DNA of 64,000 bases, taken from assembly GCA_051530055.1 (NCBI GenBank), contig CM121341.1, positions 16,036,784-16,100,783 on the forward strand. The letters are read 5' to 3'. The translations under genes were made by a program, and so were the position numbers. The notes beneath the pieces were generated by a model. It had not been told where the DNA came from. It searched no databases and saw only the letters and a list, made by a program, of their open reading frames with translations. The DNA is from Neoechinorhynchus agilis (lineage: Eukaryota > Animalia > Acanthocephala). Below are positions 11,602 to 24,644 of the stretch, piece by piece (position 1 is the first letter of the stretch; each line of letters opens with the position of its first letter).

Positions 11602-12279
11602 TTAATCAGATTGATCTAGGTATTCCCGAACATTTGCTTTTTGACGATTGACAACTTTCTTCAATAAACAATCAACTACTTTACGAACTCCGTGATCTAT
11701 TGCTTTCTGCCCCATAAGTTCCTCATTTAAGATTGCTCTCCAAACATCGATATCTACTTTACTTAGAACAGGATTAACTATGTGATTACAGTGCGCCAAA
11801 ATATAATATTCTATTGCCTTCATCTCAGCGAACATTGCATTTCGCTTTTCATTAGGGTTCAAGAGTTTGAATTTCTTGTCCCTTAAGCAGGGCATCTCGA
11901 AATCTGCCTCGTATAATCGGTATGTTCCTCGTTGCTCGTCGTAAACCAACACAATTTCAATGACTTTGGGGAAATAACTTCTCAAAGAAGGCAATTTGTT
12001 GTGATCTAATAAGAACCACCATGGGTTAATAACAAGGGTGTTGTTTCTCTGTAATACCGCATCGATTCGGAATGGCTTTGTAACGGACGATGGCTTTACC
12101 TTATCGCACTTTGCTCTCCAAATCTCGACTGCTCTACCTGTCAAAAGCGAATCGAAATTGAAAACAAAGTATGTGTCATTCGATTGATGCGGAATTATGA
12201 CCAACCGGGGATCCAATATCTCCATAACGAACCTCAGGGTTTCAAGTGGAATTTGCTTAAGGGATTCACCATTGGCCAT
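11602..12279 (-). CDS. Orphan intronless ORF, 225 aa, unknown function
   Basis: ATG-initiated 678-nt open frame in very AT-rich DNA with globular-protein composition. No family recognised. Confidence 0.6.
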   Translation of the reverse strand: MANGESLKQIPLETLRFVMEILDPRLVIIPHQSNDTYFVFNFDSLLTGRAVEIWRAKCDKVKPSSVTKPFRIDAVLQRNNTLVINPWWFLLDHNKLPSLRSYFPKVIEIVLVYDEQRGTYRLYEADFEMPCLRDKKFKLLNPNEKRNAMFAEMKAIEYYILAHCNHIVNPVLSKVDIDVWRAILNEELMGQKAIDHGVRKVVDCLLKKVVNRQKANVREYLDQSD

Positions 12280-14185
12280 AATTGTCTTGTTGTTTACGTA
12301 TACGAAACATCCTCGCAGCAGTTACCGAGGTTACCTTGGTGATCGCATATGCAATCTGGCTGGCTTAGGGATGCTCTTTTTATTTGCTGCATCTTAGCAT
12401 CTCTGCTTAATGGCCAATCTTTTAGAGAATATTTGAACCCGTTTTGAATTCGAGTACCAGAAAAAGCAAAGATTATTTGGTTACATATTAATGTTATGAA
12501 TATGCGATTTATAAGATATATGAAGTAACATTTCCTTTTCGTCTATGGACTGCATTGACGGCCGATTATGACAGTATTTGAGTATAACGTTTTTTAAATC
12601 GTTGTGTATGTGCCACAAAAAAAGTTTTAGCAATTATGGATAAAAAATGTGCTTAGAGACAAAGTCTGAATTAAATTTTCTTTGGCGGTCATCTTTCCAT
12701 TTCGACGCATGTTGCTTCACTTAGACCAGATTTTAATTGTTTAAATCGTGAATAAAGCGGTAGTAAAAGATGAAGGAGAGCATTGACTCCAAAAACATGT
12801 TCAGTACAACTTTTGAGCGAAAATTAAAGTGGATTTCACTGCAACAAGTACATAAACGATTTTTAACCTTTATTATTTAAGAACTATAGTAACGATATGG
12901 TGAGATCTTTACTGTGAGCACGAAAAGAGAAAATTCTGAAGAAAAATTTCAAAATTTGTCTTTTGATAACATTTTATTACGAATTATCGAAATTTACGGC
13001 AGTGCGCGATTGAAAACAAATTCTTAACGTTCCTTTTATAATCAATAGCTCGATCTTATAATCAGCTTCCACTTCGTAAAAGTTATTTTTGCATTTTCAT
13101 TGGAACTTCGAGACAATAATTCATATTTTATTTTTAAAAAGACTTGTTTATAAGTCATAAGACAAACAAATTCACGGAAAAATGAGATTTTCGTTAATAA
13201 TGAGAACTATTAAAAACAACATCAAGTTCCGTCACTCACTTAAAATTTTAGTATGCAAAAACCATTATTTTGTAATCCAAGAGATGGTCGCAACCATCAC
13301 TATAGTAAGTCCAACGACCGAAACTAAACATGAGCTGTAACGCCGAAATTCGGAATGGAATGAATAAGAGAGTAACCATAATACTAAAAGCTTTTTTGAC
13401 AGTTACATGCTGATAAAAAAATAGAAGATATATACATTCGATTCCGGTTAATCGGGCCACATCGTAACGCGATCGTTTTGTTCTTATAAACCTGCTGGAC
13501 AGATTAACCGGATTTGACTGCATTACGCTGATGTAAATACATTTGTTTCGGTTCTTTAGAATTTCGTCCCAATAAATGTGTCCAATTAACCGTATTTGAA
13601 TGTAAATTGATCGTCTGTCGTTTGAAATGAAGCCGCCTTTAAATTAACAACAACATAAAAACAGACTTCATAAGAATCAAATATATTACGACTTAATATT
13701 AGATCAGCCAATGTGCGCATCGGTCGTGATCGGTAATGTAGGAAACCATGATTTTCATCTTTATTTATTCATACTTCCAAACATTGCGACCTTTATGAAC
13801 AGTAAGAGCAGTTCAAGCTACCTTTAATGTGTATAGGAGATTCATTAATTTTCCACATACACTCTTGTGGATCAGATCGAGAAAGTCTACAAATACTAAC
13901 TAAAGTAAAGATATACCAATATGTATATGATTGGCAAATCATCAAAAATTCTACTTTGGACCGAACAAAAAAGTATTATCTACTGTCGCGCCACTTAAAT
14001 ATAGAAGTACAAAAATCACCGCTGATAGTAGTTCAAAAGAGTTACAGCGATGTTGGAACCAAAAGGCAACGCTGCTGTCGTTTCGTTGCGATTTAGAGAT
14101 AAACATTGAATAATCTCCGTCAATCATCCAGTAATTGATGAATACCACGATCTGCCGCTTAACCTTCTCCATTCCAACAAACATC

Positions 14186-14416
14186 TAAATGTCGATATGT
14201 GAGGAGGTACCGGGGCATATGATTAGATTTATTGTCTAGGTCTTCACCCGGTAAATATTTTTTTATTTAAAACGTTTCGAACCTCGTCGGGTTCATCATC
14301 AGTTTATTTGTTATCGACAGACGCGAAAATAAAAACTGATTATAAACCCGACGAGTTTCGAAACGTTTTTAATATAAAATTATTTACTGGGTGAAGACAT
14401 AAACAATTAGTCTAAT
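14186..14416. mobile_element. Long-TIR MITE/foldback element
   Basis: ~85-bp imperfect arms (attag...tcttcacccggtaaat...cgaacctcgtcgggttcatcatcagttt and its reverse complement) around a ~25-bp spacer. Related copies at ~7965, ~19585 and ~49425. Confidence 0.75.
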
Positions 14417-15061
14417 ATATTTCTAAATTATTTCCTGAAAATGGTATATTAGTCCTATTTAAAAGGAAGAATTTTTTATCATTCGATATCTTTCTTCACA
14501 TTTATATCCAGTGGATCTAGGCATAAAGGAGTTACGCTTAGGCTCAAAATTGACGTCCACTAGATGTAACTGAATTATCAGCAGCAGTTTACTAAACGTC
14601 AAATTTGATAATATGTTCATCCTAAATTACAACACAATATAGCATTTTCATTTCATGAGAGGGCATATGAGTCACTCTTAAATGCTCTTCCACATATTTA
14701 GGTGTATTGCAACCGTTTTACTAAATTAATGAATGTAGGCTTTTATCAGTTTCTAAAAATGATCCATGAGCATTCTAAAAAACGCTGAAACCATTTAAAA
14801 AATTCCCATTTCAATACAATTTTGGTCAGGAAAACATTCACTTCGGTTTTTTTGCTGTCGGCATTCATGGCAACCTCAAAAGTCACATCTTCATCGGAGC
14901 AAAGGTTCACTACTTATAGAACAAATAAGTAGAAAGAGTATACAAATTATGCAATCAAAAACTATGCCTTTAAGTTCGCCTTTCAAAATGAAGATCTCTC
15001 TTTTATAACAAACAGATATTTTAATTTCCATTTTGGCTTACAATATGTATTTCATACGGGT

Positions 15062-15370
15062 TTATTTTGACCCCATGAACTCAATTGGGGACGTGCGCGG
15101 TTCAATAGACTGCAAATCGATTTCTTCCACCAGAGTACTCATGCTTTGTGTTTTGCTCAAGCAATAAAGATCTTGCCTCACAGTCTTTCGAACCTTTGTC
15201 CTTACTTGTTCAAATAAAAAAGTCTCCGCATTGCGATCTTGAAGCAAGTGCAATCCGTAAGATCCAATCGCAACTGCAATAAATAAAATAAAAAGAAACA
15301 AAATTACTAATCCATCCTCAAGTGGAAGTAATACCATCGAAGTACAGCACTCTCCATATTCACTGCACAA
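15062..15370 (-). CDS. Possible small single-pass membrane protein exon
   Basis: 102-aa frame with a hydrophobic stretch LVILFLFILFIAVAIGSYGL. No family recognised and gene structure unresolved. Confidence 0.3.
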   Translation of the reverse strand: MCSEYGECCTSMVLLPLEDGLVILFLFILFIAVAIGSYGLHLLQDRNAETFLFEQVRTKVRKTVRQDLYCLSKTQSMSTLVEEIDLQSIEPRTSPIEFMGSK

Positions 15371-15745
15371 GAACGTTTACCTCTTCGGCGTGAACAACGT
15401 GACTCATTGAAGAACAATGAAAAACAACTCTTCTGATGCAATGGTGAATTATTCATAATAACGGAAATAAAGCTGAACTTTAAGTACAATTAGAGGTTTC
15501 AGGTGAAATGTACGTGATTAATCGGGTTTTACTAAAAAGATTAGTTGTACACATATTGAGATAAATACCCTGTATCATTTGTTCCGGCGATCAATGGAAC
15601 CTTGGAAGATCAAAAATCAATGTGTAGTTGCCATGAGAAATCAAATGAACGGAATTGAATAAGTACTCAACGCGTTTAGCGTTTCCTCGCGTTGTAAATG
15701 ATCGGTTAGTTTTCATTGCAAAACGGAATCTAAAAGGAATTGGTG

Positions 15746-15824
15746 ATCCTTTCGACCATTACACCAGGAAGGCAGCTGAGTTGTGCAGAGCGGCGAAGTG
15801 AATGCTTATAAACTCCTTTTACAT
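15746..15824 (+). mobile_element. 3'-terminal remnant of CRE subfamily B
   Basis: atcctttcgaccattacaccagga..cagctgag...gtgaatgcttataaactc matches the other B copies. Confidence 0.7.
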
Positions 15825-15856
15825 GATTTTATGCTCTTTCCTAAACCACATCGGTA

Positions 15857-16240
15857 TGCTGTGTACCCAAGGAAAATTATTAACCGTGAGGCTATAGATA
15901 TATACTGAAAATTTACCGGCTGATCAGACTTCAAAAAAATAGAATAATTAAATTGGCTCAGAATTAAAAATCAAAACTGGCAGAGTTCGTACATTCCGTA
16001 GTTGTGACGAGGTGGTCAAGTGTATTAAAGCTCCTGATCCCAGTTTGGGTCAAAGATGAGTCCCGCCTCCTGGAGGTATCTGAAAATCCGGAGGGATGTA
16101 AAAACTCATAACCGTATGGTTCAGGGTATTAAGTGATTTTATGCGCTTCCCCGAAGTAGATCGCTGTGCTGTGTGCCCAAGGAAAATTATCAGCCGTGAG
16201 GCCACACATAGATACTGAAAAGTAACCGGCTGGCCAGACT
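15857..16240. repeat. Local direct duplication of ~75 bp (15857-15930 and 16167-16240)
   Basis: tgctgtgtacccaaggaaaattat...gatatactgaaaa..accggctg..cagact occurs twice, 310 bp apart. Confidence 0.8.
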
Positions 16241-16344
16241 GAAAAGATAAACTCTTTTTGTTGGAAAAGAAAGCAATTTCATAACTCTTTAATTTCATAT
16301 TCTCGTGACCATCTGAACCGAACTCGATTGGCGACACTCTCGAC

Positions 16345-16975
16345 TAGATAATCGGGTACTTGGCTCAAAGATCCTCCAATCGCTTCTGTGGGCACCCTTC
16401 TCCCAGAAGAGACAGTAAGGATCGCAGTTTCCCTGAAACTTACGTACCGATGTGCACAGCCATCGGGGCGTCATGGTCTCGTCCGTCGGCAATCAGAGGG
16501 AAGGTACTTACGACACGCCGAAGTGAATTCAATTCTTAGTCGTGCCATGAATAATGTGAATGCGTCCAACAAGCTGGAGCCGAGCAATCTTTGTCGACTC
16601 GATGGCCGTGGACCGGACGGTGTCAGTATTCCCGTGCCGAGAAGGAAAATGCCTTCTCTGGGACGCCACGCTCACAACCAGCAACATAAAATTCGCCACT
16701 ATTTAACCAGGGGAGCAGTAACCGCCGCTGAGACCGCAAAAAAAGGCCAAACACAGGGACTTGGGCCGAAATCATTATTTTATTCCATTTGGCGTCGAGA
16801 CACTCGGGTCGTTTGGCACCGCGGAGCAGGATCTGGTCTAGCAATTGTCCAAGAAACTTAGACGAATCAGCCTGGCTGTTCAACGGGATAAATCTGTATC
16901 CATCCTTTCAACCATTACATCAGGATGACAACTGGATGATCCAGAGCGGTGACGTGAATGTTTATGAACTTTTTT
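16345..16975 (+). mobile_element. CRE-clade fragment (subfamily B; zinc knuckle plus RLE)
   Basis: VGTLLPEETVRIAVSL, GRHGLV...RHAEVNSILSRA and LEPSNLCRLDGRGPDG, followed by the subfamily B 3' end. Confidence 0.85.
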
Positions 16976-17501
16976 TTGAAATTTTTAGGGCAAACGAAAT
17001 TCTCGCAACTCGTATCAAGCATTGATCTTAAAAAAATTTTAAAGTAATAAATATAACAATTATCCAAATTGGAAACGAAAGTTAAATTTATTTCGCGAGG
17101 AAACAAGAAAATTAGCTCAGAATTACTGCTCGGTGTATAACTATGGGGAAAAATGCATTATTTCAAAAAGGAGAATTATAAAACGTCATTAAAGCGAATC
17201 AACCACGCTTTTTACTGCATATAGAAGAAGAGGGCCCATGTACCTTTGGGTCCTCTCTGCCCTTGGGTGCAAGTCTTGAACACAAAGAATGGCGCTATCA
17301 ATTTGATCGATCAAGAAAAGAGCCTCTTGTCAAGACAGGTTTCAACAAACCGATGGTTGATGCTATCGTAAAGGAACCAGCAAAAACTCCTTTTCGTGGA
17401 TCGGTTTATGGAATATTTCGGTGAATAAATCACAGGAAAGAATCGCAATGTAAGAAAGTTTCGCCTATTCAAACAAGATAACTTACGCAATCTTGCGATA
17501 A

Positions 17502-18788
17502 ATGTTCAACATACTAAAGTATCGATTGTATGGAGGTGTTGATATTAGACAAGTTCATAATGGAGGACGAATGTGTTTAAAGTTCGTTCCTTTCTGGCTC
17601 AAAGTACTTGACACACTGGTGTCCACATGGATTTCGTTTAATGAAATTAAATCCTGGTATCGATATCCGACGAAATTCAATCCTCGGTCGCAGTCACGGG
17701 GAGACAAGTGCCGGAAAACTTCAATTATTCTACTGGTATTGCTCACGGGATGTCTTTTATTCGAAACCAAGTACAAATACCAAACCTGTACTCTTATATT
17801 TTTTCTTAATCCTTGCCACTTTACAGCATTAATTCAAGTTAGTGTTCCTTTATTTGGCACCATGGGTGTTTTCATTCGACCGCCTTTAGATGTATCTCTT
17901 AATCGCTGATATAAGAATGTCTCTCGATAAACAGTATTTTGAAAGGAACCAATTTATTTGCCATACCATCTATGGTGCTCATTATTCACTCCTTTCAGGA
18001 GCCGTTGTGGCCATTTTGTTTCCGGATACAAACATACGAACAGTTAGCACTCATTATTTAAGCATTGTCGCTTTTGTTTTTTAGACGTATTACCAAATTC
18101 TAAACTATTATATTGAACATATCCTTGTGTTGGTTGTTCCGATTATTCTGCATCGGTCAAAACGTAAGTTATTGCCAGTAGAGATTTAATAATCTGAAAT
18201 AATCAACCTATGAACTGCTTAATGACGTTCTGTTAGAGGTATTTGTGGCTTCAGCTTAATACAAAATTTACAATGCAATAATAGATGGTTTTTAATCAGA
18301 CGAAATTTTCGAAAATACGGAGCACATCTTAACCCGGTAAATATTTAAAATATGATTTTTATAGGTGAAAAATAAAAGACTACAAGTTTAAAAATAAAAG
18401 CGCAATATTTCTAAAAACTAACCATGCGTTCGTATTTATTTAGCTTGGCTGTACAAGGTACCATCCATTAGTTTGACGAACTGGAATAAAAATGACAGTG
18501 TGATATTTTTTGGGACAGGATTGTGTCGCCTCTATTACGCCTGGTTTATTCAACTAGCAGCATTGGTGAGTTTATTCTAAACATAAATTCCTTTTCAAAT
18601 TAACAGCAATCTTTTTATTCTAGGTTACTGGAATTAATGTTAACAATGCGATGTGTCCATCTCCATCTGATCCATTCAAATCTACGCCATTTTATAGAAC
18701 AGTGGGACTTTTATATCTTGCAATCATCGTTTTTATCATAGTTCCTGTTTATTCCGTATTTTCTCGTATCGTGGAAAAAATTACATGA
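17502..18788 (+). CDS. TMEM164: TMEM164 family multi-pass membrane protein (lipid acyltransferase)
   Basis: Five exons joined by GT-AG introns. Motifs LYGGVD...NGG..C, FFLNPCH, GAVVAILFPDTNIR, YYIEH...VP and NVNNAMCPSPSDPF...FYR all match human TMEM164. TGA at 18786-18788. Confidence 0.92.
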
Positions 18789-19584
18789 AATTCAAAAATA
18801 AAACTTGCGCTATCGCTTCTCTTCTTATTAATCCTACTTGTAGGTGCCGAAAGCAGAACTATAGATACTGAAGTCAAATCGATGAAAACTTTGTACAAAT
18901 TCGCGAGTAATGACTTCCCTTCAATGGCCTTGGGCATCGCTAGTTTCGTCATTAATTCACTTTTTCGAAATTCAATTTAGTTTGATGCTTTTAAAATCTG
19001 CCTACCGCTTATGTGTTTATCATTATAAGACTGGACCTTGCTTAAAACTTCATACCTGGAAGTATTACACAAGGAGTTGTGCAATTTAATTCATAGACCA
19101 AACGTTAATATTGGGCTTCCGAACAAGTCATTAAGCGCACCGCTAGGCAAAAACTATTGAAAATTTAGAACATTAGGATTCCGTCTTTAGTTAATATAAA
19201 TTACATTGTCTTTTCGTACAATTCGGTTAAGTTATTTTTCGCTTAAAGTATAAATGGAAACAGAGTCAGTAATGCTCTTTGACTTTATTCGTCACCTATT
19301 CAATCTAATATACCGGAAGTTTTGATTTTTTTATGATTGGATGACCTTTCTAAAAATTATAAAGGTCTTATGCGGAAGCCACAATACCCCTGTGATCAAA
19401 ATTTATATTTAAAGTATCCAGTTACTTAACAAAATCGCAAGGTTTTACTCGCTAGAATGGAAATTACTTCGTAAGTTTTTTAAAGTCGGACATGTAGTAT
19501 TTATGCAAAAAGGCAGCATTCATTAAGCGGGAAATTCGCAAATTGATCTGAATAATTTCTAAAGCCGTCTATTACTAACAAACA

Positions 19585-19700
19585 AACTGATGATGAACCC
19601 GACGAAGTTCGAAACGTCTTTAATAAATATTTATTCACCGGGTGTATACCTAAACAATAATTCTAATCATATTCCCCGGTACCCCACATATCGACATTTC
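19585..19700. mobile_element. Single arm of the long-TIR MITE family
   Basis: aaactgatgatgaacccgacgaagttcgaaacg...ccccggtaccccacatatcgacattt. Confidence 0.7.
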
Positions 19701-21078
19701 TGAGGCATAAAAAAAGGTTTAGCATTTTTGAATCTTAGAGAAACGTCCATTGCTGCTAGCTGCGAGTGTTTGACACAAGTTATCTAACTTTTAAATGACT
19801 CATAAACTCTAACATATTCTTGCACCTATTTTATCAGCTAATATTCGAATGGTATTTTCAACCACAAATATGATGATAGCTAATTTTTAATTTTGCCAAC
19901 ATTCAAACATCCGCATTACACATTCCTGTAAATATCAAATACCGAAGTAACAAAACAACAATACCGGTTGCATTGTATTAAATATTATCAAATTTTCTTC
20001 TTAAAAAAGATATATGCGTATTCAATAATTCGAATGATCCCGCTTTCGAATACATAACTTTTTGTGTATAGCATACGTCTAATGCTTTTTCAAATGCTGA
20101 TCTTTCTTTAGCTAAATATGCTAAAAGTTAACCTCGGCAGTGCAGCTACTTTAGAGGTCAGATGTTGTAACCTTTAGCCCAGTTGGATTATTTGATCGGC
20201 TTCCGTAGTAAGTTCCTTTCTACTTGATCGGTCATCTCAATGACCTCTATATTCTCTAGATAACGGGGATAAACATTCTAACAATTTTACACCATTGTTC
20301 AAATTGGCGACTTTTTATCTAAACGCAATAACAATTGTACTCAGCTATCACGTATATAGTGCAATAAAGTGAACTGTTCCAAGCTGGAAACAAATACGTG
20401 ATATCGATAGGCGTCATACACGGTCAAATGAATAGCGCAACTTCACTTACATGAAAGATTTATAACAAAATTGCGAAGTTGAAGAGACATATAGGGGCCA
20501 TTTTATTATTGAAACGATGACTGACTTTTATTCTACGTAGGGTTTTTATTACCCCTGAACTTCACTACACTCTGAGGTTTTGCCCCGTGCTCCGGAAGTG
20601 GTGAAACTTTATGATAGCCGTCTTAGGATTAGCTTGTCTTGTATTGTGCTTACCAAACTAAGCTTTACTAAGTTGTGAGCTAAGCTCTGGCAATACAGCA
20701 CCCACTCGAGCACCAAAACTTACCGTCACATGTACTGTTTTATAGTTTGAATTTGATTTACATTTTCATTCAATTGTTACAATTTTCAAGCATTTTTAAG
20801 ATAATGCAAGGAAAACAAGCGACAGGTTTAAGGGCGAAAGGAAACCGGAGGAAATCTTGATTCCAAATACTTCTAGAAAATGTTTGAACTGATGCTTATA
20901 TGCAAAACTAGTATTATTTTATGGCACTTTTTGTCAACGAATCAATCCATTACGATGGCTTATTGACGATGTGCTTGTGTCCAAAATGTATTGAATTGCT
21001 TGTTTACTGCTTGCCTAGGCCAAGTTCAACGTTTTGCAATATTTGCAAAATTTTGTGATCTTAACGCAAACAAATAGT

Positions 21079-23090
21079 CTATTTTTCGGAGCATCATTAT
21101 GTGCTCTCACAAAAAAAGAAGGTGGGATTCGTCCCATCGCCGTATCTTCGACGATACGCCGACTTGCAGGAAAAATTCTCTGCAAACGTATTACAGAGAA
21201 AACCGGGCAGCAACTTCGTCCAGTCCAACTGGGCTGCTGCACATCCTGCGGGGCGGAAGCTATCGTCCACTCGCTCCGAAACTTTGCTACGAGTAGCTCA
21301 GCGCCGTGCGTGATTCTTAAGTGCGATTTTCGGAACGCCTTTAACTCTCTTAATAGAGAAAGCATGTTCCGCGCAATTAGGGATCACGCACCAGAAGCCT
21401 TCCAGTATTTTCTCAATGCCTACGGGACGGCGATTCCTTTGCTTTTCGAAGACCACCTCATTTGGTCCGAAAGAGGAGTGCAGCAAGGAGATCCCCTCGG
21501 TCCAATCGGATTCTCCCTAACAGTAAACCCAATAGCGCATTCTCTCCATTCCAGCTTCAACGCTTGGTACTTGGATGACGCTACGCTCGGAGGTGATCCC
21601 TCCGTTGTACTGCGCGATTTGGAGACGCTGATTAGGGAGACCTCGAAGATGGGCATTGAGCTTAATGCTGGAAAATGTGAGCTCCTTGTACTGAATATTG
21701 GAGACGCCGCTAAAGTCAAAGAACTAATGGCTGGGTTCGAGGCCGTAGCTCCAGGTCTGAAACTCGTGACTCGGGAACAACTCAGCCTCTTGGGCAGTTG
21801 TGTCTTCGATTCAAATGTGGAAGATGAGATCGGCCATATCATACCGAAACTTTCGTTGCTGTGCGATAGGGTGTGCGCTCTCTCGGCTCATGAAGCCTTG
21901 TTTCTCATAAAGAACGCGCTCTTCATCCCCAAATTATTGTACAAGGTTCGCACAGCAACATTTTTCAAACACAAAGAAGGATTGGCAAAGCTGGACAATA
22001 AGGTGAGGGCTTGCCTCGAGCGTATTTTAAATGTCCAGCTCTCAGATGAGGCGTGGCGACAAGCTTCTTTGCCTGTGTCATCTGGGGGATTGGGAATTCG
22101 GGCACTAGTCGACCTTGCTTTGCCGGCCTTTCTTGGATCGTTTGAGGGGAGCCTACCAGTCTCGAAGAACATTTTGAAAGAAAAGTTTTGTCTTGACCGG
22201 GATTTCGTGGTGGCGGTTGAGGAATGGTGCCAGCAGACAGGCGCTAACCAAGTTCCCGTGAATGGCCTCAGACAGTCGATCTGGGACGGACCTCTTGTCG
22301 CGAGAGCTCACAGCTCTCTTCTTTCAGGTTCTCGCGATGGGGTCGTCCGAGCTAGACTGTTGGCAGTTTCAACACGAGAATCTGGGGCGTGGTTGGAGGC
22401 TGTTCCTCTGGCATCTGTGGGAACTCTTCTTACTGACGAGGTGACGAGGATCGCAGTATCCTTAAGACTCGGTCTCCCGATATGCACGCCCCATCGCTGT
22501 CGATGTGGGTCTTTGGTTGATGCTTTCGGGCGACACGGTCTCGTCTGCAGAAGGTCAGCAGGAAGGTTTTCACGCCATTCTGAAATCAATAACGTAATTT
22601 CTCGGGCGTTGAGAACGGCGAACTTCCCGAACATCCTGGAACCCGCCCACCTCTGCAGACTAGACGGCCGTAGGCCCGATGGAATTTCGGTCTTCCCGTG
22701 GCGGGAGGGCAAATGCCTTCTCTGGGACGCCACGTGTGTGGACACCCTCGCAGCCAGCAACATCCCCTACTCCCTCGAAATCGCCGGTGGTGCCGCCAGT
22801 GCAGCGGAAGGGAGGAAGGTACGAAAATATATGCAGCTATCGAGGGCTCACTATTTTGTCCCCTTTGGGGTAGAGACGTATGGAGCGCTCGGCAGCTCGG
22901 CACTCTCTCTGCTCAAGGATCTCTCGAAGAAATTGAGAGAGGCAACCGGAGACTCAAGAGCAGGCTTATTTCTTCGACAAAATATCTCGCTGGCAGTACA
23001 ACGGGGCAATGCTGCCAGCGTGATGGCGACGGTCGAGGAAGGACAAAAGCTGGAATTTGGTGGGAGGTGGTGAATGTAAAGAAAAGTAAC
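21079..23090 (+). mobile_element. Young 5'-truncated CRE-clade non-LTR retrotransposon (RT, CCHC knuckle, restriction-like endonuclease)
   Basis: Uninterrupted frame 21034-23073 with GGIRPIAV, DFRNAFNS, GVQQGDPLGP, YLDD, CRCG..H..C..RH, RPDG, WDATCVDT and SLAVQRGNA. There is no ATG at the 5' end. An 8-bp direct repeat caaatagt lies at 21071-21078 and 23091-23098. Confidence 0.93.
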
Positions 23091-23352
23091 CAAATAGTTC
23101 AATGAATGTACGATTGGAACAAAGAATCTTGGATATTTTTCCAAATAAAGTCTCATCTTTAAGTAGTAATATTGTTTTTGAATTTAGAGGTAAACATTTG
23201 TTTTCATGATAAACAAGCTTTTTGAAAAACATATTTATACCTGCATCGATGTGTTTTGCACCAAATGTGTGAATATTTTGGAAGTTTAAAAATCATCCAT
23301 TCTCCCTTTCATTCATCATTTATCTATCTTTTAAACGTACCTGAGGTTAAAA

Positions 23353-24644
23353 ATGTTTGCTGACTCTTTCGACCCTTGCCTTATCTGCGGCGGACCGGCT
23401 ACGGGTAATAATTATGGAGTTTGGAGTTGCGAAGGATGCAAATCCTTTTTTCGGAGGTGTAATCAGCCAAATGCAAGACGATATGTATGCCCAGCCAACA
23501 ATCAATGTGTCAGTTTGACCGGATCTCGGGATATGTGCAGAGCCTGTCGATATAGAACATGCTTAGAATTAGGTATGAAGACTACCGAAAAAAGGAAACT
23601 TGATAGACTACAAAGAGTACAAGTAACGGAATTTGAAGAACCCATCTCCAAAAGATGCACACTATATCAATGCTCTCAAGGAGCCGAAGTAGGCTTACAG
23701 TTCTGTTCAGAAGTCAGTAGTAATTGTAGTACTGATTTGGATCGAAGTCCGAGCCAGTTGTCGTCAATGTCAGACTCGACGCCTTTTGATGATGAACTTG
23801 ATGCTGAAGGCGCGGTCCCTATATTTTTATCGAAATGTAGTGTTAAGTTAAGAAACTGTCATGTTATGGCTAATAAAGCGATTACAGCCGAGGACCAGAT
23901 CACACTTAAAATATTCACGGAAGCATTCCTTGACGTATGGAACGAAAAATTGAAAAGATATGACAAAAGAATAAAAAAATTATTAGGTATGATATTCTCT
24001 ACACAAAAGGGTATTATATAAAAAATTTACTTTAGCTTTATATGAACTAAACGAAATAGCTGCTCACTGCGTTATAAAGGAGAAGTGGATTCACATTGTC
24101 CTGGTTGATATGCTAGAGGATTCGTATGATCGACCGAATGATGTTGCTCAATTGTCATATAATGTCTTATTTGGCATGTACGAACCTTTTAATCAATTTG
24201 AAACAAAATTAACCTCTCTTCTTTAGATCAAACGTAGTGGACGTCCAAGTGAAATCGTTATTCACTCAGTTTTTCGCTCTTCTACATGGGATGCGAAAAT
24301 TTAAATTCACGAAGCAACATTTCCTTGCTTTGAAGGCAGAATGCCTTTTTCAGGCTTTCACAGATTGGAAACATCATAATCTAGCATTAGATTTGTTGAG
24401 GCTAGCGCGCGACACCCTAGATTTTGTTTTGATGCAGAACGATCCTGAGATTGCTTCAGACATTTCTAAACGCTTCGAGAAAGGAGATATGATCAATCGC
24501 GTACTATCGGAAATTCAATCCTTGGCCAAACAGTTTGCATCTCATCTACAATACGCTTATCCAATTTATCGTCAAGGTGCCGACAATCTATTGAGTGCAT
24601 ATCTCATGGAAGGCACATCAACGGACAACAGAAATGTCTCTTAA
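23353..24644 (+). CDS. Nuclear hormone receptor with an estrogen-receptor-like (NR3A-like) DNA-binding domain, ~397 aa
   Basis: Exons 23353-23986, 24036-24177 and 24227-24644 (two 49-nt GT-AG introns, frame closes). C4 zinc fingers YGVWSCEGCKSFFRR and CPANNQC. Diverged LBD with LALKAECL and an AF-2-like LLSAYLME. Confidence 0.88.

Noticed and set aside
20900-21080. Spliced-leader gene as the CRE target site
   Set aside because: No SL-like exon, Sm site or repeated flank is shared among the CRE insertions.
21015-23232. Numerous overlapping 60-150 aa ORFs in other frames of the CRE copies (also 9138-10011, 3325-3903, 16295-17025)
   Set aside because: Shadow ORFs of GC-richer transposon coding sequence with no independent motifs.
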